The notes below the pieces were generated by a model, which was not told where the DNA came from, did not search any database, and saw only the letters and a program-made list of their open reading frames with translations. Made by a program: the position numbers and the translations under genes. Of a stretch of 64,000 nucleotides of DNA, positions 36,907 through 45,991 are shown in pieces. Position 1 is the stretch's first letter. Each line of letters begins with the position of its first letter. Origin of the DNA: Terriglobales bacterium (GTDB taxonomy: Bacteria > Acidobacteriota > Terriglobia > Bryobacterales > Bryobacteraceae); the NCBI GenBank assembly GCA_021372245.1, contig JAJFUV010000251.1, forward strand, positions 14,799 to 78,798, given 5' to 3'.

Positions 36907-39063
36907 TCACTGAATGACTCCCAGGCTGACGACCTTCAATCCCGGCGGGATTTCGTTGTGCGACAGGAACATGAGGTTGCCCGTGGCGGCTTCCACGATC
37001 TGCCGTAGGAAATGGCGGGAACCGGAACTGGCCAGGGCGACCACCGGCGTCTCCGGTGCGCCTACCGTTCGCGTGATGCGTTCCTGTATGTCGCGGATAC
37101 GTTGCGGCGCCAGGTTCAGATGACTGGTTTGCTCGGTGTGCTCGACGGCTGATTCAACGGTCTGTTCAATGGCCGAGTCGATCAGGTATACGGCAAGTTC
37201 GCCGGATGGACTAGTGTACGGCTTGACCACCATGCGGCGTATCGATTGGCGGACATACTCCGTCAGCAGGACCGGATTCTTCGTCATCGGCGCCGCCTCG
37301 CCGAGCGCTTCCAAAATGGAAACGCCGTCCCGGATCGAAACGCGTTCCCGTAACAGATTCTGCAAGACACGTTGCACTAATGCGAGTGGTAGCAACTTTG
37401 GGACCAAATCCTCCACCAGTTTCGGGTTCTCCGCGCTTACCCGATCCAAGAGCTTCTTGGCATCCTGCCGTGAGAACAATTCGTGCGCGTGTTGGCGGAT
37501 CAGTTCCGCCAGGTGGGTGCCGAGCACGCTGATCGAGTCGACCACGGTGCATCCGGCCTGCCGGGCCGCAACCGTGTTTTCCGGAGAAATCCAGACCGCC
37601 GGCAATCCGAAAGCTGGTTCGCGTGTGGGAATTCCATCCAGCTTGACGCTCTTGCCTGCCGGTGGAATGGCCAATTCGGCGCCCTGCGGCAGCTCGTAGC
37701 GGGCCACTTCAGCCCCTTTTAGCAGGACTACGTATTGCCGCGCGCCCAGCGAGAGGTTGTCGGTGACGCGCACCGGAGGCAGCAGATAGCCCAGCTCGGA
37801 TGCCAGTTGGCGGCGGATCGCCGCTATGCGTCGCAGCAAGGGCGATTCCTGCGCTCCTTCGACCAGCTTGACCAGCCCCAGTCCGACTTCGACCGCCAGC
37901 GGTTCAACCCGGAGCAGCGATTCGAGGTTTTCCCGCGTGGGCGAAGGTGCGCTTCTCTCCTGCGCTCTTTCGACAGTGACATTTTTTTGCCGCATCCGCC
38001 AACCGGCTATCCCTACTCCCGTGCCCAGCAGCAGGAACGGGACCGCCGGGAGTCCCGGGAACGCTGCCATGGCCACCAACACACCCGAGGCTAACAGCAG
38101 CGGCTGCGGCTTGCCGAACACCTGGCGGTCAAAATCGGCGCCGATGCGATCGTCCGAACTCGCTCTGGTGACGATCAAGCCGCCCGAGACCGAGATCATC
38201 AAGGCCGGGATCACCGTCACAAGGCCGTCGCCGATCGTCAACACCGTGTATGTCTCGAGCGCGCGCCGCAGTTCCATGCCGTGTTGCAGCACGCCGATGA
38301 GAAATCCGGCGACAATGTTGATGCTTGTGATGAGTATGCTGGCCACCGCGTCGCGTTGCGTGAACCGGGACGCGCCGTCCATGGCGCCATAGAATTCGGC
38401 CTCGGCGGCCAGTTCCTTGCGGCGTTTGCGGGCTTCGGCCTCGTCGATCAAACCGGCGTTGAGGTCCGAATCGATGGACATCTGCTTGCCGGGTAGCGCA
38501 TCCAGTGTGAAGCGTGCCGTGACTTCGCTGATGCGCACAGCTCCATGGTTGATGACCACGTATTGAATCGCAATCAGCACCAGGAATATCACCGCACCGA
38601 TGATGTAGTTGCCGCCCACGACAAAGTCGCCGAAGGCTTCGATCACATGGCCGGCCGCCGCCGTGCCGGTATTGCCGTTAAGCAGAATCAACCTGGAACT
38701 GGAAACATTCAGCGCCAGCCGGAACAGGGTCATCAATAGCAGCGTGGAGGGAAAGATGCTGAATTCGCTCGGCTTGGTGATGTACAGCGACACCAAGAGA
38801 ACAATTACGGAGATGGTGATGTTGGTCGCGATCAGCGCGTCGAGAACAAACGGCATGAGCGGCGTGATCATGGCCAGTACAATGCCCAGCACGGCTAGCG
38901 GTACGCCCATCTCCTTGAGCGAACTGGCTGTGATGCCGCGTGTCATGGTCGCCACCGGACGTGCCGCCGGGGATTTGCGGCCTTTCGAACCGGTCGCGCC
39001 CGCTCCGGCGGCACCTGCACCTAATCCGCTCACTCCCGGGATCTGCGCTGTGCTTGTTGCCAT
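36907..39063 (-). CDS. flhA: Flagellar type III export protein FlhA
   Basis: 718 aa. Conserved TM region (LTIGDGLVTVIPALMISVSGGLIVTRA) and a large cytoplasmic domain. Follows flhB. Confidence 0.93.
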   Translation of the reverse strand: MATSTAQIPGVSGLGAGAAGAGATGSKGRKSPAARPVATMTRGITASSLKEMGVPLAVLGIVLAMITPLMPFVLDALIATNITISVIVLLVSLYITKPSEFSIFPSTLLLMTLFRLALNVSSSRLILLNGNTGTAAAGHVIEAFGDFVVGGNYIIGAVIFLVLIAIQYVVINHGAVRISEVTARFTLDALPGKQMSIDSDLNAGLIDEAEARKRRKELAAEAEFYGAMDGASRFTQRDAVASILITSINIVAGFLIGVLQHGMELRRALETYTVLTIGDGLVTVIPALMISVSGGLIVTRASSDDRIGADFDRQVFGKPQPLLLASGVLVAMAAFPGLPAVPFLLLGTGVGIAGWRMRQKNVTVERAQERSAPSPTRENLESLLRVEPLAVEVGLGLVKLVEGAQESPLLRRIAAIRRQLASELGYLLPPVRVTDNLSLGARQYVVLLKGAEVARYELPQGAELAIPPAGKSVKLDGIPTREPAFGLPAVWISPENTVAARQAGCTVVDSISVLGTHLAELIRQHAHELFSRQDAKKLLDRVSAENPKLVEDLVPKLLPLALVQRVLQNLLRERVSIRDGVSILEALGEAAPMTKNPVLLTEYVRQSIRRMVVKPYTSPSGELAVYLIDSAIEQTVESAVEHTEQTSHLNLAPQRIRDIQERITRTVGAPETPVVALASSGSRHFLRQIVEAATGNLMFLSHNEIPPGLKVVSLGVIQ

Positions 39064-39075
39064 AGAGTGCCTCCG

Positions 39076-40140
39076 CTAACCGGGCAGCCGCCCGTTCATC
39101 AGCCGGTAGATGTAGGCCAGAATCTCTGCTACAGCGCGGAACAAGTGCGCCGGGATTTCCTGTCCCACCTCCACGGATTTGTACAGGGACCGCGCCAATG
39201 GCGGATTCTCCACCACCGGCACCTGGTTCTCCACCGCCAACTGGCGGATCCTCTGCGCCAGGTAATTCCTGCCTTTCGCCACCACCTTCGGCGCGGACAT
39301 CGACTCCATCTGGTAGCGGATCGCCACCGCAAAGTGCGTCGGGTTCACGATCACCGCCGTGGCCTTGGGAACGTCCTGCATCATGCGCCGCCGCGATAGG
39401 TCGCGCTGTAATCGGCGAATGCGCATTTTGGTTTGCGGGTTGCCCTCGACTTCCTTGTACTCTTCCCGCACTTCCTGCTTCGTCATGCGCATTTCGCGCA
39501 TGTATTTGAATTTCTCCCGGGCCAGATCCACCGCGCCGAAAACCATCAGGATCATGCCGGCCTTCCAGAGCAAGCCGTTCAGCGAGGCGCCCACGTGAGC
39601 GAGGCCCGCTTCGAGCGGCATGAGCGGCAACGCCATATACCCGGTGAGATTCTGTTTCACCACGGCATAAACCGCGTACCCAAAGACCGGCAGCAGCACC
39701 AGTGCCTGCAACACAAGGTGCAGATTTTGCCGGGGCAGTTCCCCCAAGCGCGTCACTGGATTCATGCGCGCTAAATCCGGCGCTATGCGCTCGAACGAGA
39801 AGCCCAGCTTGGTGATGGCCAACTGGCAGGCCAGCGTTACTAGCAGCAACAATGCGCCCGCCACCAGCATCGGCGCTAAAAAGCGGATGGAAATAGAACG
39901 GACCAGCGCCTCCAGGCCGGACGTGCTGAACCCGGGCCGGAAGGCCCACCCCAGCAGCGTTCGCATCATCAGCTTGGCGCCGCCGAACCAGGCTGCCGTG
40001 CACCCCGCCAGCAGTGCTACAAACGCCAGGAACTGCATCGCCGCCGGGAACTCACGACTGGTCGGGAATCGGCCTTCCTTGCGGGCGCGCTCCAACCGCC
40101 GCTGGGTGGGTTGCTCGGTTTGTTGGCCACGATCCGCCAT
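39076..40140 (-). CDS. flhB: Flagellar type III export protein FlhB
   Basis: N-terminus QQTEQPTQRRLERARKEGRFPTSRE, autocleavage NPTH motif (VIVNPTHFAVAIRY). Confidence 0.93.
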   Translation of the reverse strand: MADRGQQTEQPTQRRLERARKEGRFPTSREFPAAMQFLAFVALLAGCTAAWFGGAKLMMRTLLGWAFRPGFSTSGLEALVRSISIRFLAPMLVAGALLLLVTLACQLAITKLGFSFERIAPDLARMNPVTRLGELPRQNLHLVLQALVLLPVFGYAVYAVVKQNLTGYMALPLMPLEAGLAHVGASLNGLLWKAGMILMVFGAVDLAREKFKYMREMRMTKQEVREEYKEVEGNPQTKMRIRRLQRDLSRRRMMQDVPKATAVIVNPTHFAVAIRYQMESMSAPKVVAKGRNYLAQRIRQLAVENQVPVVENPPLARSLYKSVEVGQEIPAHLFRAVAEILAYIYRLMNGRLPG

Positions 40141-40907
40141 CAGTTCCTCGTGAGACCCGCCAGTGTGGCCAGCGCGCGGACGGCGGCCCCTTCGTACAGC
40201 CTGGGCATGATGGCGGTCAGCGCTGCCAGCGCCGCCAGCGTCACCAGCATCTTGGCGGGAAAAGCCAACGTCAGCATCTGCAGATGAGCGTTGATCTTGC
40301 TCATCAACGCCAAGGTGACATCCACCAGCACCATCAGCGCTACCACGGGCAAGGCCAGCCGGAAACCCGTGGCGAGCATCGCCGAGCCGAGGTGAATCAC
40401 CGATTCAGCCGAAGCTCGCGCCGGCTGATACGAACCGGGCGGAAGGACCTGCAGGCTATGCACGAATACACGCAGCACCTGGCGGTCCATGCCGAACGCG
40501 AAGAACAGCAAAGCCCCCGCCATTTGCGTGAAGACCTGCAAGACGCTGGAATCGGCCTCGCTCGTGGGGTCGATGGTCGATGCGTACGAATAGCCCGCTT
40601 GCAGGCCGATGATTTGCGCGCCCACCTGGAATGCCTCGCCGAGCAGCGCCACAATGACGCCCGCCGCGATGCCGAAGGCTGCTTCCGAGGCCAGCCACAC
40701 CAACAGTTGTCCGGGAGACGGCGTCACCGAGGCTACCTGCGGCCAGAACGGGGAGAGGGCCATCGTCAGCCCCAGGCTCATGGCGGCGCGCGCTACCTCC
40801 GGTCCGGACCTTACGCCCGGCAACGGCAGAAACACGAACGCTCCGGAGACGCGCGTCAGCACCAGCAGGAAGCCGAGCACGGTGCCGAGCGGGACCTCAA
40901 CGCGCAT
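40140..40907 (-). CDS. fliR: Flagellar export apparatus protein FliR
   Basis: Polytopic 255-aa protein between fliQ and flhB. N-terminus LGFLLVLTRVSGAFVFLPLPG is typical of FliR. Confidence 0.88.
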   Translation of the reverse strand: MRVEVPLGTVLGFLLVLTRVSGAFVFLPLPGVRSGPEVARAAMSLGLTMALSPFWPQVASVTPSPGQLLVWLASEAAFGIAAGVIVALLGEAFQVGAQIIGLQAGYSYASTIDPTSEADSSVLQVFTQMAGALLFFAFGMDRQVLRVFVHSLQVLPPGSYQPARASAESVIHLGSAMLATGFRLALPVVALMVLVDVTLALMSKINAHLQMLTLAFPAKMLVTLAALAALTAIMPRLYEGAAVRALATLAGLTRN

Positions 40908-41166
40908 AGCGCTCCAGATTACCCAGGATCGCCGTAGTGTAATCCATCAATTTCGCCAGCATCCAGGGCATTAGCAGTACCAGGCCGGCAAGGAACGCCC
41001 CCAGGCGGGGAACTGTACTGAAGCTCGCGTCCTGGATGGACGTGGCGATCTGGATCAGGCTGATGACGATGCCGGCCACAAAGCCGATGGCGAGCAGGGG
41101 CAGACCCAGCCAGAATGTGGTCATAAGCGCCTGGCGGATGATGTCGACGACTACTTGCGGGGTCAT
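40897..41166 (-). CDS. fliQ: Flagellar export apparatus protein FliQ
   Basis: 89-aa two-TM protein (LPLLAIGFVAGIVISLIQIATSIQDASFSTVPRL) between fliP and fliR. Confidence 0.9.
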   Translation of the reverse strand: MTPQVVVDIIRQALMTTFWLGLPLLAIGFVAGIVISLIQIATSIQDASFSTVPRLGAFLAGLVLLMPWMLAKLMDYTTAILGNLERYAR

Positions 41167-41170
41167 ACGC

Positions 41171-41917
41171 TCAGCGGTAAAAGCTCCTCACAAGTGAGCC
41201 GATCACCAGGTTCCACCCGTCCACCAACACGAACAGCAGGATCTTGAACGGAGCCGAGATCATCACCGGCGGCAATTGGATCATGCCGATCGATAGCGTC
41301 ACCGAAGCGACCGCGAAGTCGATCACCAGGAAGGGCAGGAAAAGCACCGCGCCGATCTGGAACCCGGTTCTCAGCTCCGAAAGAATGTAGGCGGGGGCTA
41401 CCACTTGCAGGTCCAGGTCTTCCGGCTTTCGAGGCGCAGGCGAATGCGTCACGTCGAGAAAGAGTTTAAGATCCTTCTCCCTTGCATAACGCAACAGAAA
41501 GGCCTTAAGCGGTTTTGTCCCCTGGTCGAAAGCCTGTTCGAACTTGATCGTGCCCTTTTCGAGCGGAGCCCATCCCTGCTCGTACATCTCGGCCGCCACC
41601 GGCTGCATGATGACAATGGCGAGGAACAGCGCGAGGCCGATCAGTACCTGGTTGGACGGCGTGGACTGTGTGCCCAGAGCCTGCCGGAGGAAGTGCAGCA
41701 CCACGACAATCCGCAAGAACGGGCTTACGCACATGATGGCCGCCGGCAGGAATGTGAGAAGCGTGAAAAGAATGACAATCTGCATCGGCACGCCCAACAC
41801 ATTGCCGTTCTTTCCATCGGCCAGCGATATGCCGAGTAGCGATGCGGGACTCGCACCGGGTGCCGCGCACAGTACGGCGGGCCAGCTCAGGACGAAGACC
41901 TTGAGCAGGTTCCTCAT
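41171..41917 (-). CDS. fliP: Flagellar export apparatus protein FliP
   Basis: Conserved FLRIVVVLHFLRQALGTQSTPSNQVLIGLALFLAIVIM and GFQIGAVLFLPFLVIDFAVASVTLSIGMIQLPP. ATG 41917 gives a signal peptide and overlaps the fliO stop. Confidence 0.92.
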   Translation of the reverse strand: MRNLLKVFVLSWPAVLCAAPGASPASLLGISLADGKNGNVLGVPMQIVILFTLLTFLPAAIMCVSPFLRIVVVLHFLRQALGTQSTPSNQVLIGLALFLAIVIMQPVAAEMYEQGWAPLEKGTIKFEQAFDQGTKPLKAFLLRYAREKDLKLFLDVTHSPAPRKPEDLDLQVVAPAYILSELRTGFQIGAVLFLPFLVIDFAVASVTLSIGMIQLPPVMISAPFKILLFVLVDGWNLVIGSLVRSFYR

Positions 41918-42219
41918 CCCTGTACCGCTCTCTCCAGCGCGCGGCCCTGCGCCAGTTCCCTCCACGGGGCTTCCGCGATCAGTGTGCAACCGCCCGCATG
42001 CGTGGCTACCAACAGGCCGCGCTCACCCAGGCGGACCAGATGCAAGGCGTGCTGCGGGCTCAGATGCAGACGGCATTCGGCGCTCATCACCCTGAACGTT
42101 GAGCCGGCGGCGAAAGAACGCCGGAACGACAGCATCCCCCGGCCGCGGAACCACCACAGCGTGCCCGCCAGCATCAGAAAGACAAAGCCCACAGCGGCCA
42201 TTTGCCACAGCAATTCCAT
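41914..42219 (-). CDS. fliO: Flagellar biosynthesis protein FliO
   Basis: Single TM segment (WQMAAVGFVFLMLAGTLWWF) plus a short soluble domain. Canonical position between fliN and fliP. ATG 42219. Confidence 0.65.
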   Translation of the reverse strand: MELLWQMAAVGFVFLMLAGTLWWFRGRGMLSFRRSFAAGSTFRVMSAECRLHLSPQHALHLVRLGERGLLVATHAGGCTLIAEAPWRELAQGRALERAVQG

Positions 42220-42248
42220 CGCGACTCCCTTCTGTCCCGGCCAAGCCG

Positions 42249-42497
42249 TCACGCGTCCCCCCAGAAGTCGGTGATGCGCACGCCCATGATGTCTTCGATA
42301 ATCACGATCTCTCCAAAGCCGACTAACGTCTCGCCCACCAGCAGGTCCAGATTCTCTCCAGCCGAACGTGTCAGCTTGATCACGCACCCTGGACTGAGTT
42401 CCAGGATCTCGCCCAGAGTCATGGGCTTGCGGTCCAACTCGACTTCTACGTCGATGGGGATGTCGGCGAAATGACTGGTGGCTTCGGCCGGTGTCAT
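42249..42497 (-). CDS. fliN: Flagellar motor switch protein FliN (SpoA domain only)
   Basis: 82 aa: IPIDVEVELDRKPMTLGEILELSPGCVIKLTRSAGENLDLLVGETLVGFGEIVIIEDIMGVRI. Confidence 0.88.
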   Translation of the reverse strand: MTPAEATSHFADIPIDVEVELDRKPMTLGEILELSPGCVIKLTRSAGENLDLLVGETLVGFGEIVIIEDIMGVRITDFWGDA

Positions 42498-42516
42498 CTT
42501 TTGAGTGAGAGATCTT

Positions 42517-43761
42517 CTATCGCTTCAGGTTGATGGTTTCCTGGCTCAGCTCGTCGACTGCCGTGACCACACGCGTATTGGCCTGGTAGCCGCGCTGCAG
42601 AACGATCAGATTGGTGAATTCCTTTGCGATGTCCACGGTCGAGTACTCCACGGCACCGCCCAGGATGGAACCGCGGCCTCCCGTGCCCGGCAAACCGATG
42701 GCTGGCAAGGCGCTGCGGGCGCTCAACTGGTAATTATTGTTGCCCATGGCGATCAGAGACTCGGGGTTTCGGACGCTGGCCATGGCAACCTGTCCCACCA
42801 CCGCCTGTTCGCCGTTCGAGTACTGAGCCAGGATCTTTCCGCCGTCGGCCAAACCCACTCGAACCAGTTGCGCCGCCGGGGATCCGTTCTGGGCATTGGC
42901 CGAAACGCTGGATGGCTGCGCGTACTGGGTCATGCGGGGCGTGACACCGTCCCACAGATTCCAGGTCAAAGACATGTCGCCAGCCCCGTTTGCGAGTCCC
43001 GTAATGTCGACCTGCGGCATGGTGTCGGTGACTGCCGGTGAGGTCAGCGTGCCGGTTTCATCGAAAGTGAGCGTCCCGGTAACGGGCGTGAACGCGCTCG
43101 TCAAATCCGCGTCCGGGACAGTGATCGAGTAATCCCATTCGTTCGCCGTCCCGGTTTTGGTGAAGGCGACCGTCAGGACGTGGCTGGATCCGAGCGAGTC
43201 GTAGACCTCAATGGCCGTGGAGAAGTCTTCTCCGGTAGTTGCCGTCGCGTTCAGGTTCAAATCGAACGAGAAGGCTGTGGAACGGTTGGGCGCCTTTAGC
43301 GTGCCGATGGGCACCGTGATATCGCCGATGGCGCCGCTGGTGATGACCGCACCGGTCGCCGGATTGATCTCGGTCCACCCCTGAATTCGCTCGCCGGTTG
43401 ACGTGAGCAGATTCCCGGCCTTATCCACCTGAAAGTTGCCGCCACGTGTGTAGAGAAGGGCTCCAGAGTTGTCTTGGACAATGAAGAAGCCGTCACCCTG
43501 GATCGCTGCATCCAGCGCTCCATTGGAGCTCTGGATGGCTCCTTGCGAGAACTGGCGGATGGTGGTGGGACGGCCCACACCGAATCCGACCTGCGTCTCG
43601 CCAAGGCCGGCTCCGAGCGATTGCGTCACCAGGTCGTGGAACGACACGACGCTGGTCTTGAACCCCGGCGTGTTTAGATTAGCCAGGTTGTTGCCCACGA
43701 CATCAATGGCGGTCGAATGGGCGCTGAGTGCCGAAAGTGCGGTCGAGAATGAAGTGAACAT
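42517..43761 (-). CDS. flgE: Flagellar hook protein FlgE
   Basis: N-terminus MFTSFSTALSALSAHSTAIDVVGNNLANLNTPGFK and C-terminus YSTVDIAKEFTNLIVLQRGYQANTRVVTAVDELSQETINL. Confidence 0.92.
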   Translation of the reverse strand: MFTSFSTALSALSAHSTAIDVVGNNLANLNTPGFKTSVVSFHDLVTQSLGAGLGETQVGFGVGRPTTIRQFSQGAIQSSNGALDAAIQGDGFFIVQDNSGALLYTRGGNFQVDKAGNLLTSTGERIQGWTEINPATGAVITSGAIGDITVPIGTLKAPNRSTAFSFDLNLNATATTGEDFSTAIEVYDSLGSSHVLTVAFTKTGTANEWDYSITVPDADLTSAFTPVTGTLTFDETGTLTSPAVTDTMPQVDITGLANGAGDMSLTWNLWDGVTPRMTQYAQPSSVSANAQNGSPAAQLVRVGLADGGKILAQYSNGEQAVVGQVAMASVRNPESLIAMGNNNYQLSARSALPAIGLPGTGGRGSILGGAVEYSTVDIAKEFTNLIVLQRGYQANTRVVTAVDELSQETINLKR

Positions 43762-43776
43762 GGGACGATTCCTTCC

Positions 43777-44091
43777 TTAGGCTGTTTCCGAGGACAATGT
43801 GTCGCCGGATTCATCTGTGCTGCCAGTACTACCGGCCAGGATCGATTGAATGCCGGACACCTGTTCGTTGATCTGCATGGTCTGCTCCAGTTGACTGAAC
43901 TGCGTCAACTGAGTCAGAAACTGCACGCCGTCGGCAGGGTTCATCGGATCCTGGTACTTGAGCTGGGCGACCAGCAACTGCAGAAACGTATTCTTGTTGA
44001 GATCCTTGTTGATCGCGCTAGTGGCGCTGGATGCGGTCGAGGCGTCGCTCGACGACGAGGTACTGCTCACCGATTGAAAATTGACTGCCAT
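43777..44091 (-). CDS. flgD: Flagellar hook-capping/scaffold protein FlgD, N-terminal motif region only (104 aa)
   Basis: DLNKNTFLQLLVAQLKYQDPMNPADGVQFLTQLTQFSQLEQ is the FlgD N-terminal signature. No following beta-rich domain. Lies between fliK and flgE. Confidence 0.8.
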   Translation of the reverse strand: MAVNFQSVSSTSSSSDASTASSATSAINKDLNKNTFLQLLVAQLKYQDPMNPADGVQFLTQLTQFSQLEQTMQINEQVSGIQSILAGSTGSTDESGDTLSSETA

Positions 44092-45770
44092 GATGAATTC
44101 TCCTGGCCGGCGTCTTGGTCCGGCGTGAGGCTGCGGGCGAACTGTTCGGCCCAGCGATTCGGGTGCTCATCCTGACGTCGCTGGCCGCTACCTCCTTGCT
44201 GATGTGACGATTCCTGCCCCTGCCCGGAGAACCCTCGAGACGCGTTCTGCTCCGAACTCGAGGGATCTTGCCGGGCTTGTGAGGAGGAGGAGACGAAGCT
44301 TTCCGGCGATGTAATACTGTCCGCGCGATAGCCGGCCGTTTCGAGGCGCGCGACCAGGCTGCCCAGTTCCGTGCGCAGCGATTGGTTGAGTGCCGCGTCG
44401 GCAGTGCGGACTGCCACGCGGACCTCTCCACCCCTCTCCGCCACCTGGACTTCCACCTTGTTGCTGTTGTCGGCCGGGATCTGAACAACAATGTCACGCG
44501 CCGTGCGTGGTTGCGCGGCATCCACCCGGTTCACGTTGATGCGCTCCACGATCTCCGTGCGCGGAAGCGGATCGGTCGTCGTAACGGCGGCAGGCCGTGC
44601 ATCCGTACTCAGAACCGGTCTGGCGTGGGGCGTGACCCCGGTGCTGGCCGGCACGGACTCGACGGAGCGGACCGTTGAGGCGGCGGGGTGGTCCTGGCGT
44701 GGCGCGTTAGGGTTTTCCGATGCGGTGGCGCGCACTTTGTCCTGCTTCGGTGCATCCTCCATGCCGGAGTCTGTGCGCGTGACCGGACGTGATGGCTCCG
44801 CTGCCGGCCTGGGCGCCGCAGTGTGTTCGTTGCTGGAAGATGCGCGAATATTCGCCACAGCGGCGTTTTGAGCGACGGGACGAGCCGTCGATGCGGCGGC
44901 ACGAAGCTTAACGGGCGTTGCTTCGGCTTGCGCGGACTCCGCTTGCGCAACGGGACGCAAGGGCGTTACCGGCGTTCGAGGTTGGAGAGGTGTTGCCGCG
45001 GACGGCACCGGTTCAGAGGATGCAGCGGTTCGGACCGAATTGGATCCGGGTTGAGGGCTTTTGTCCAACTCCTTCAAGCGCAGAGAAAACGCCAGTGATG
45101 GCGCGACAGGCTCTTGCTTTGGACCCGTCTCTGTCGCTTCCAGCGGTTGCGGCGTGGCAGCGGATCTGGTGCCGTCAGCGGGGACCTCTTCGGCTGGGAC
45201 CGCCGTTATGCCCGGTGCGACTTCCTGCACGGGCTCGTCGACGAAAGACGTTCCAGCCGGGATCTCGAGCGTTGCAGCATTAGTTGTCTCGGTCCCGACT
45301 ACCGGCTCCAGCATGGAAGGGGAATCGACCACCTTCTCCGCTGCAGGTAACGCGACGGGAATCTCACATTCGACTTCCTGCGGTTTCAAATCGGGACTTT
45401 CGTCGGCGCCTGATTCAATTTGGGGCATCGAAATCGGGACGGGCAGTGGAAGGACGGCCACAGGGAGCGCGATCAGGTCCGGGCGGACGGGAGCAGCATC
45501 CGGCTCTTCAGAATCGTCCGCTTCCGGCTCGTTCGACGACTCGGCAGGCGTTACGGCGTTCCTCAAAGTGTTCGCTTCGCCGGATGTCAAGCCTTTGGTC
45601 GTCAATAAGCTGCCATCAATGATGGCGTCCACTAACTGTGCGAACTGCAAGGCGCAATCCGTCATCACGCCAACGCCTGAATCCTCCGTCATGGCGCAGG
45701 AGCCAAGATCGGATCCTTGCCCCCGCACGACCGGCGATAGGTTGGGGAAGGGAATGATTGCCGGCGTCAC
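44067..45770 (-). CDS. fliK: Flagellar hook-length control protein FliK
   Basis: Long Pro/Ala/Ser-rich ruler region and a C-terminal Flg_hook-type domain (VVQIPADNSNKVEVQVAERGGEVRVAVRTADAALNQSLRTELGSLVARLETAGY). The stop overlaps the flgD start by 25 nt. N-terminal start uncertain. Confidence 0.8.
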   Translation of the reverse strand: MTPAIIPFPNLSPVVRGQGSDLGSCAMTEDSGVGVMTDCALQFAQLVDAIIDGSLLTTKGLTSGEANTLRNAVTPAESSNEPEADDSEEPDAAPVRPDLIALPVAVLPLPVPISMPQIESGADESPDLKPQEVECEIPVALPAAEKVVDSPSMLEPVVGTETTNAATLEIPAGTSFVDEPVQEVAPGITAVPAEEVPADGTRSAATPQPLEATETGPKQEPVAPSLAFSLRLKELDKSPQPGSNSVRTAASSEPVPSAATPLQPRTPVTPLRPVAQAESAQAEATPVKLRAAASTARPVAQNAAVANIRASSSNEHTAAPRPAAEPSRPVTRTDSGMEDAPKQDKVRATASENPNAPRQDHPAASTVRSVESVPASTGVTPHARPVLSTDARPAAVTTTDPLPRTEIVERINVNRVDAAQPRTARDIVVQIPADNSNKVEVQVAERGGEVRVAVRTADAALNQSLRTELGSLVARLETAGYRADSITSPESFVSSSSQARQDPSSSEQNASRGFSGQGQESSHQQGGSGQRRQDEHPNRWAEQFARSLTPDQDAGQENSSWQSIFNR

Positions 45771-45991
45771 GCCTAGTCTAAGAGCACAGCAAGGGCCATT
45801 GCTACGGCGAGGAGAATCAGCAAGTTAGTGAAGGGTATGACGGCAATGATTTGGCGAGACCCGCGAAAACGGCAATATTATGGCGTCGAAGGAAGTTCCC
45901 TTCCATTGCCCTTATCGGTCAAAAGGCGGGTATTTAGAGATTTTTCCCTAACGGCATCCGGATTGCTCAACACCGCAAGTGGAGCTGTTCG

